A DNA stretch of 64,000 bases. Origin: the human T2T-CHM13v2.0 reference genome, Homo sapiens. Positions 63,440 through 64,000 of the stretch are shown piece by piece. The notes beneath the pieces are model-generated. The model worked only from the letters and a program-made list of their open reading frames with translations, had not been told where the DNA came from and did not search any database. The DNA is taken from assembly GCF_009914755.1 (NCBI RefSeq), contig NC_060925.1; one strand, given 5' to 3'. Every line of letters begins with the position of its first letter. Positions within the stretch are counted from its first letter, which is position 1. Position numbers and translations under genes: made by a program.

Positions 63440-64000
63440 TGACTTTTGTTAATACCAAGTTTTAATGCTGGGAGATTAAAACATAGCAATGAAGCTGAAG
63501 AACAGTCTGGAAAAATGGCTTGGGACCCATTCAAGAGGGGTCTTGAGCACTCTCCTAAGGAGTCTGATGTTCATTCTGTTGGCAACAGGACACCACTGAA
63601 GGTTTTGAGAAGAGAAGAAATGATGCACCTTGAAATGAAGCTGTAGGCAGTAACTTCTAACATGGGAGACAGAGAAGCAAGAGTTTGAAAAGAGAAGGAT
63701 TTGTTAGGAGGCCTCTGCACATGAACAGGTCAGGAGAGACAGAGCAACAGCCTGAATTCCAGTCGTGGGGAGGATAGAGGAAACCAGAACAAAATAAAAA
63801 GAGAACTGACAAGAATCAGCGATGGATTAGCCATGAAGATGAGGAAGAGGAAGAAGTAAAAAAAGAATGAGTTTTGTAGCCCAGATAGCTGTGTGATAAC
63901 ATTAAGTGGCATCAAGGACCTGGAGAGAAAAAAGAGGTATAAAGGAAGAAGAGTGAGTTCAGTTGGGAACATGGAGAACTCAGATATCCTGAAGACAACC
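63440..64000 (-). mobile_element. L2 relic
   Basis: CTAAGGAGTCTGATGTTCATTCTGTTGGCAACAGGACACCACTGAAGG; GTGAGTTCAGTTGGGAACATG. Confidence 0.6.

Overview
This is primate, very probably human, non-coding genomic DNA, and the near-consensus AluY copies support that. About half of it is recognisable interspersed repeat: roughly 20 Alu/FLAM copies, L1 fragments, many L2 and MIR relics, MaLR/ERV solo LTRs and DNA-transposon fossils (MER58, MER44, MER53). I can support no canonical protein-coding exon, tRNA or rRNA. The long ORFs in the track come from low-complexity sequence or TE remnants. The points of most interest are: (1) a locally triplicated ~575-bp module (17.4-17.6 kb partial, 18.26-18.84 kb, 22.22-22.79 kb) that I cannot assign to any TE family, with a splice-acceptor-like site, a strong-Kozak ATG and a 47-codon ORF whose length and stop are preserved by compensating indels; (2) a 1.1-kb G-rich octamer VNTR made largely of 5' splice-site-like words, starting exactly at the donor of a candidate 75-nt exon; (3) several repair or template-switch scars, including a tail-less L1PB fragment inside an Alu, a fold-back insertion with a perfect 36-bp duplication, and palindromic junctions; (4) a solo LTR9-like promoter with an octamer site; (5) several AT-rich stretches dense in homeodomain motifs that may be conserved enhancers. 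TE subfamily names are from recalled consensus sequences and need Dfam/RepeatMasker confirmation. Boundaries of old repeats are approximate.
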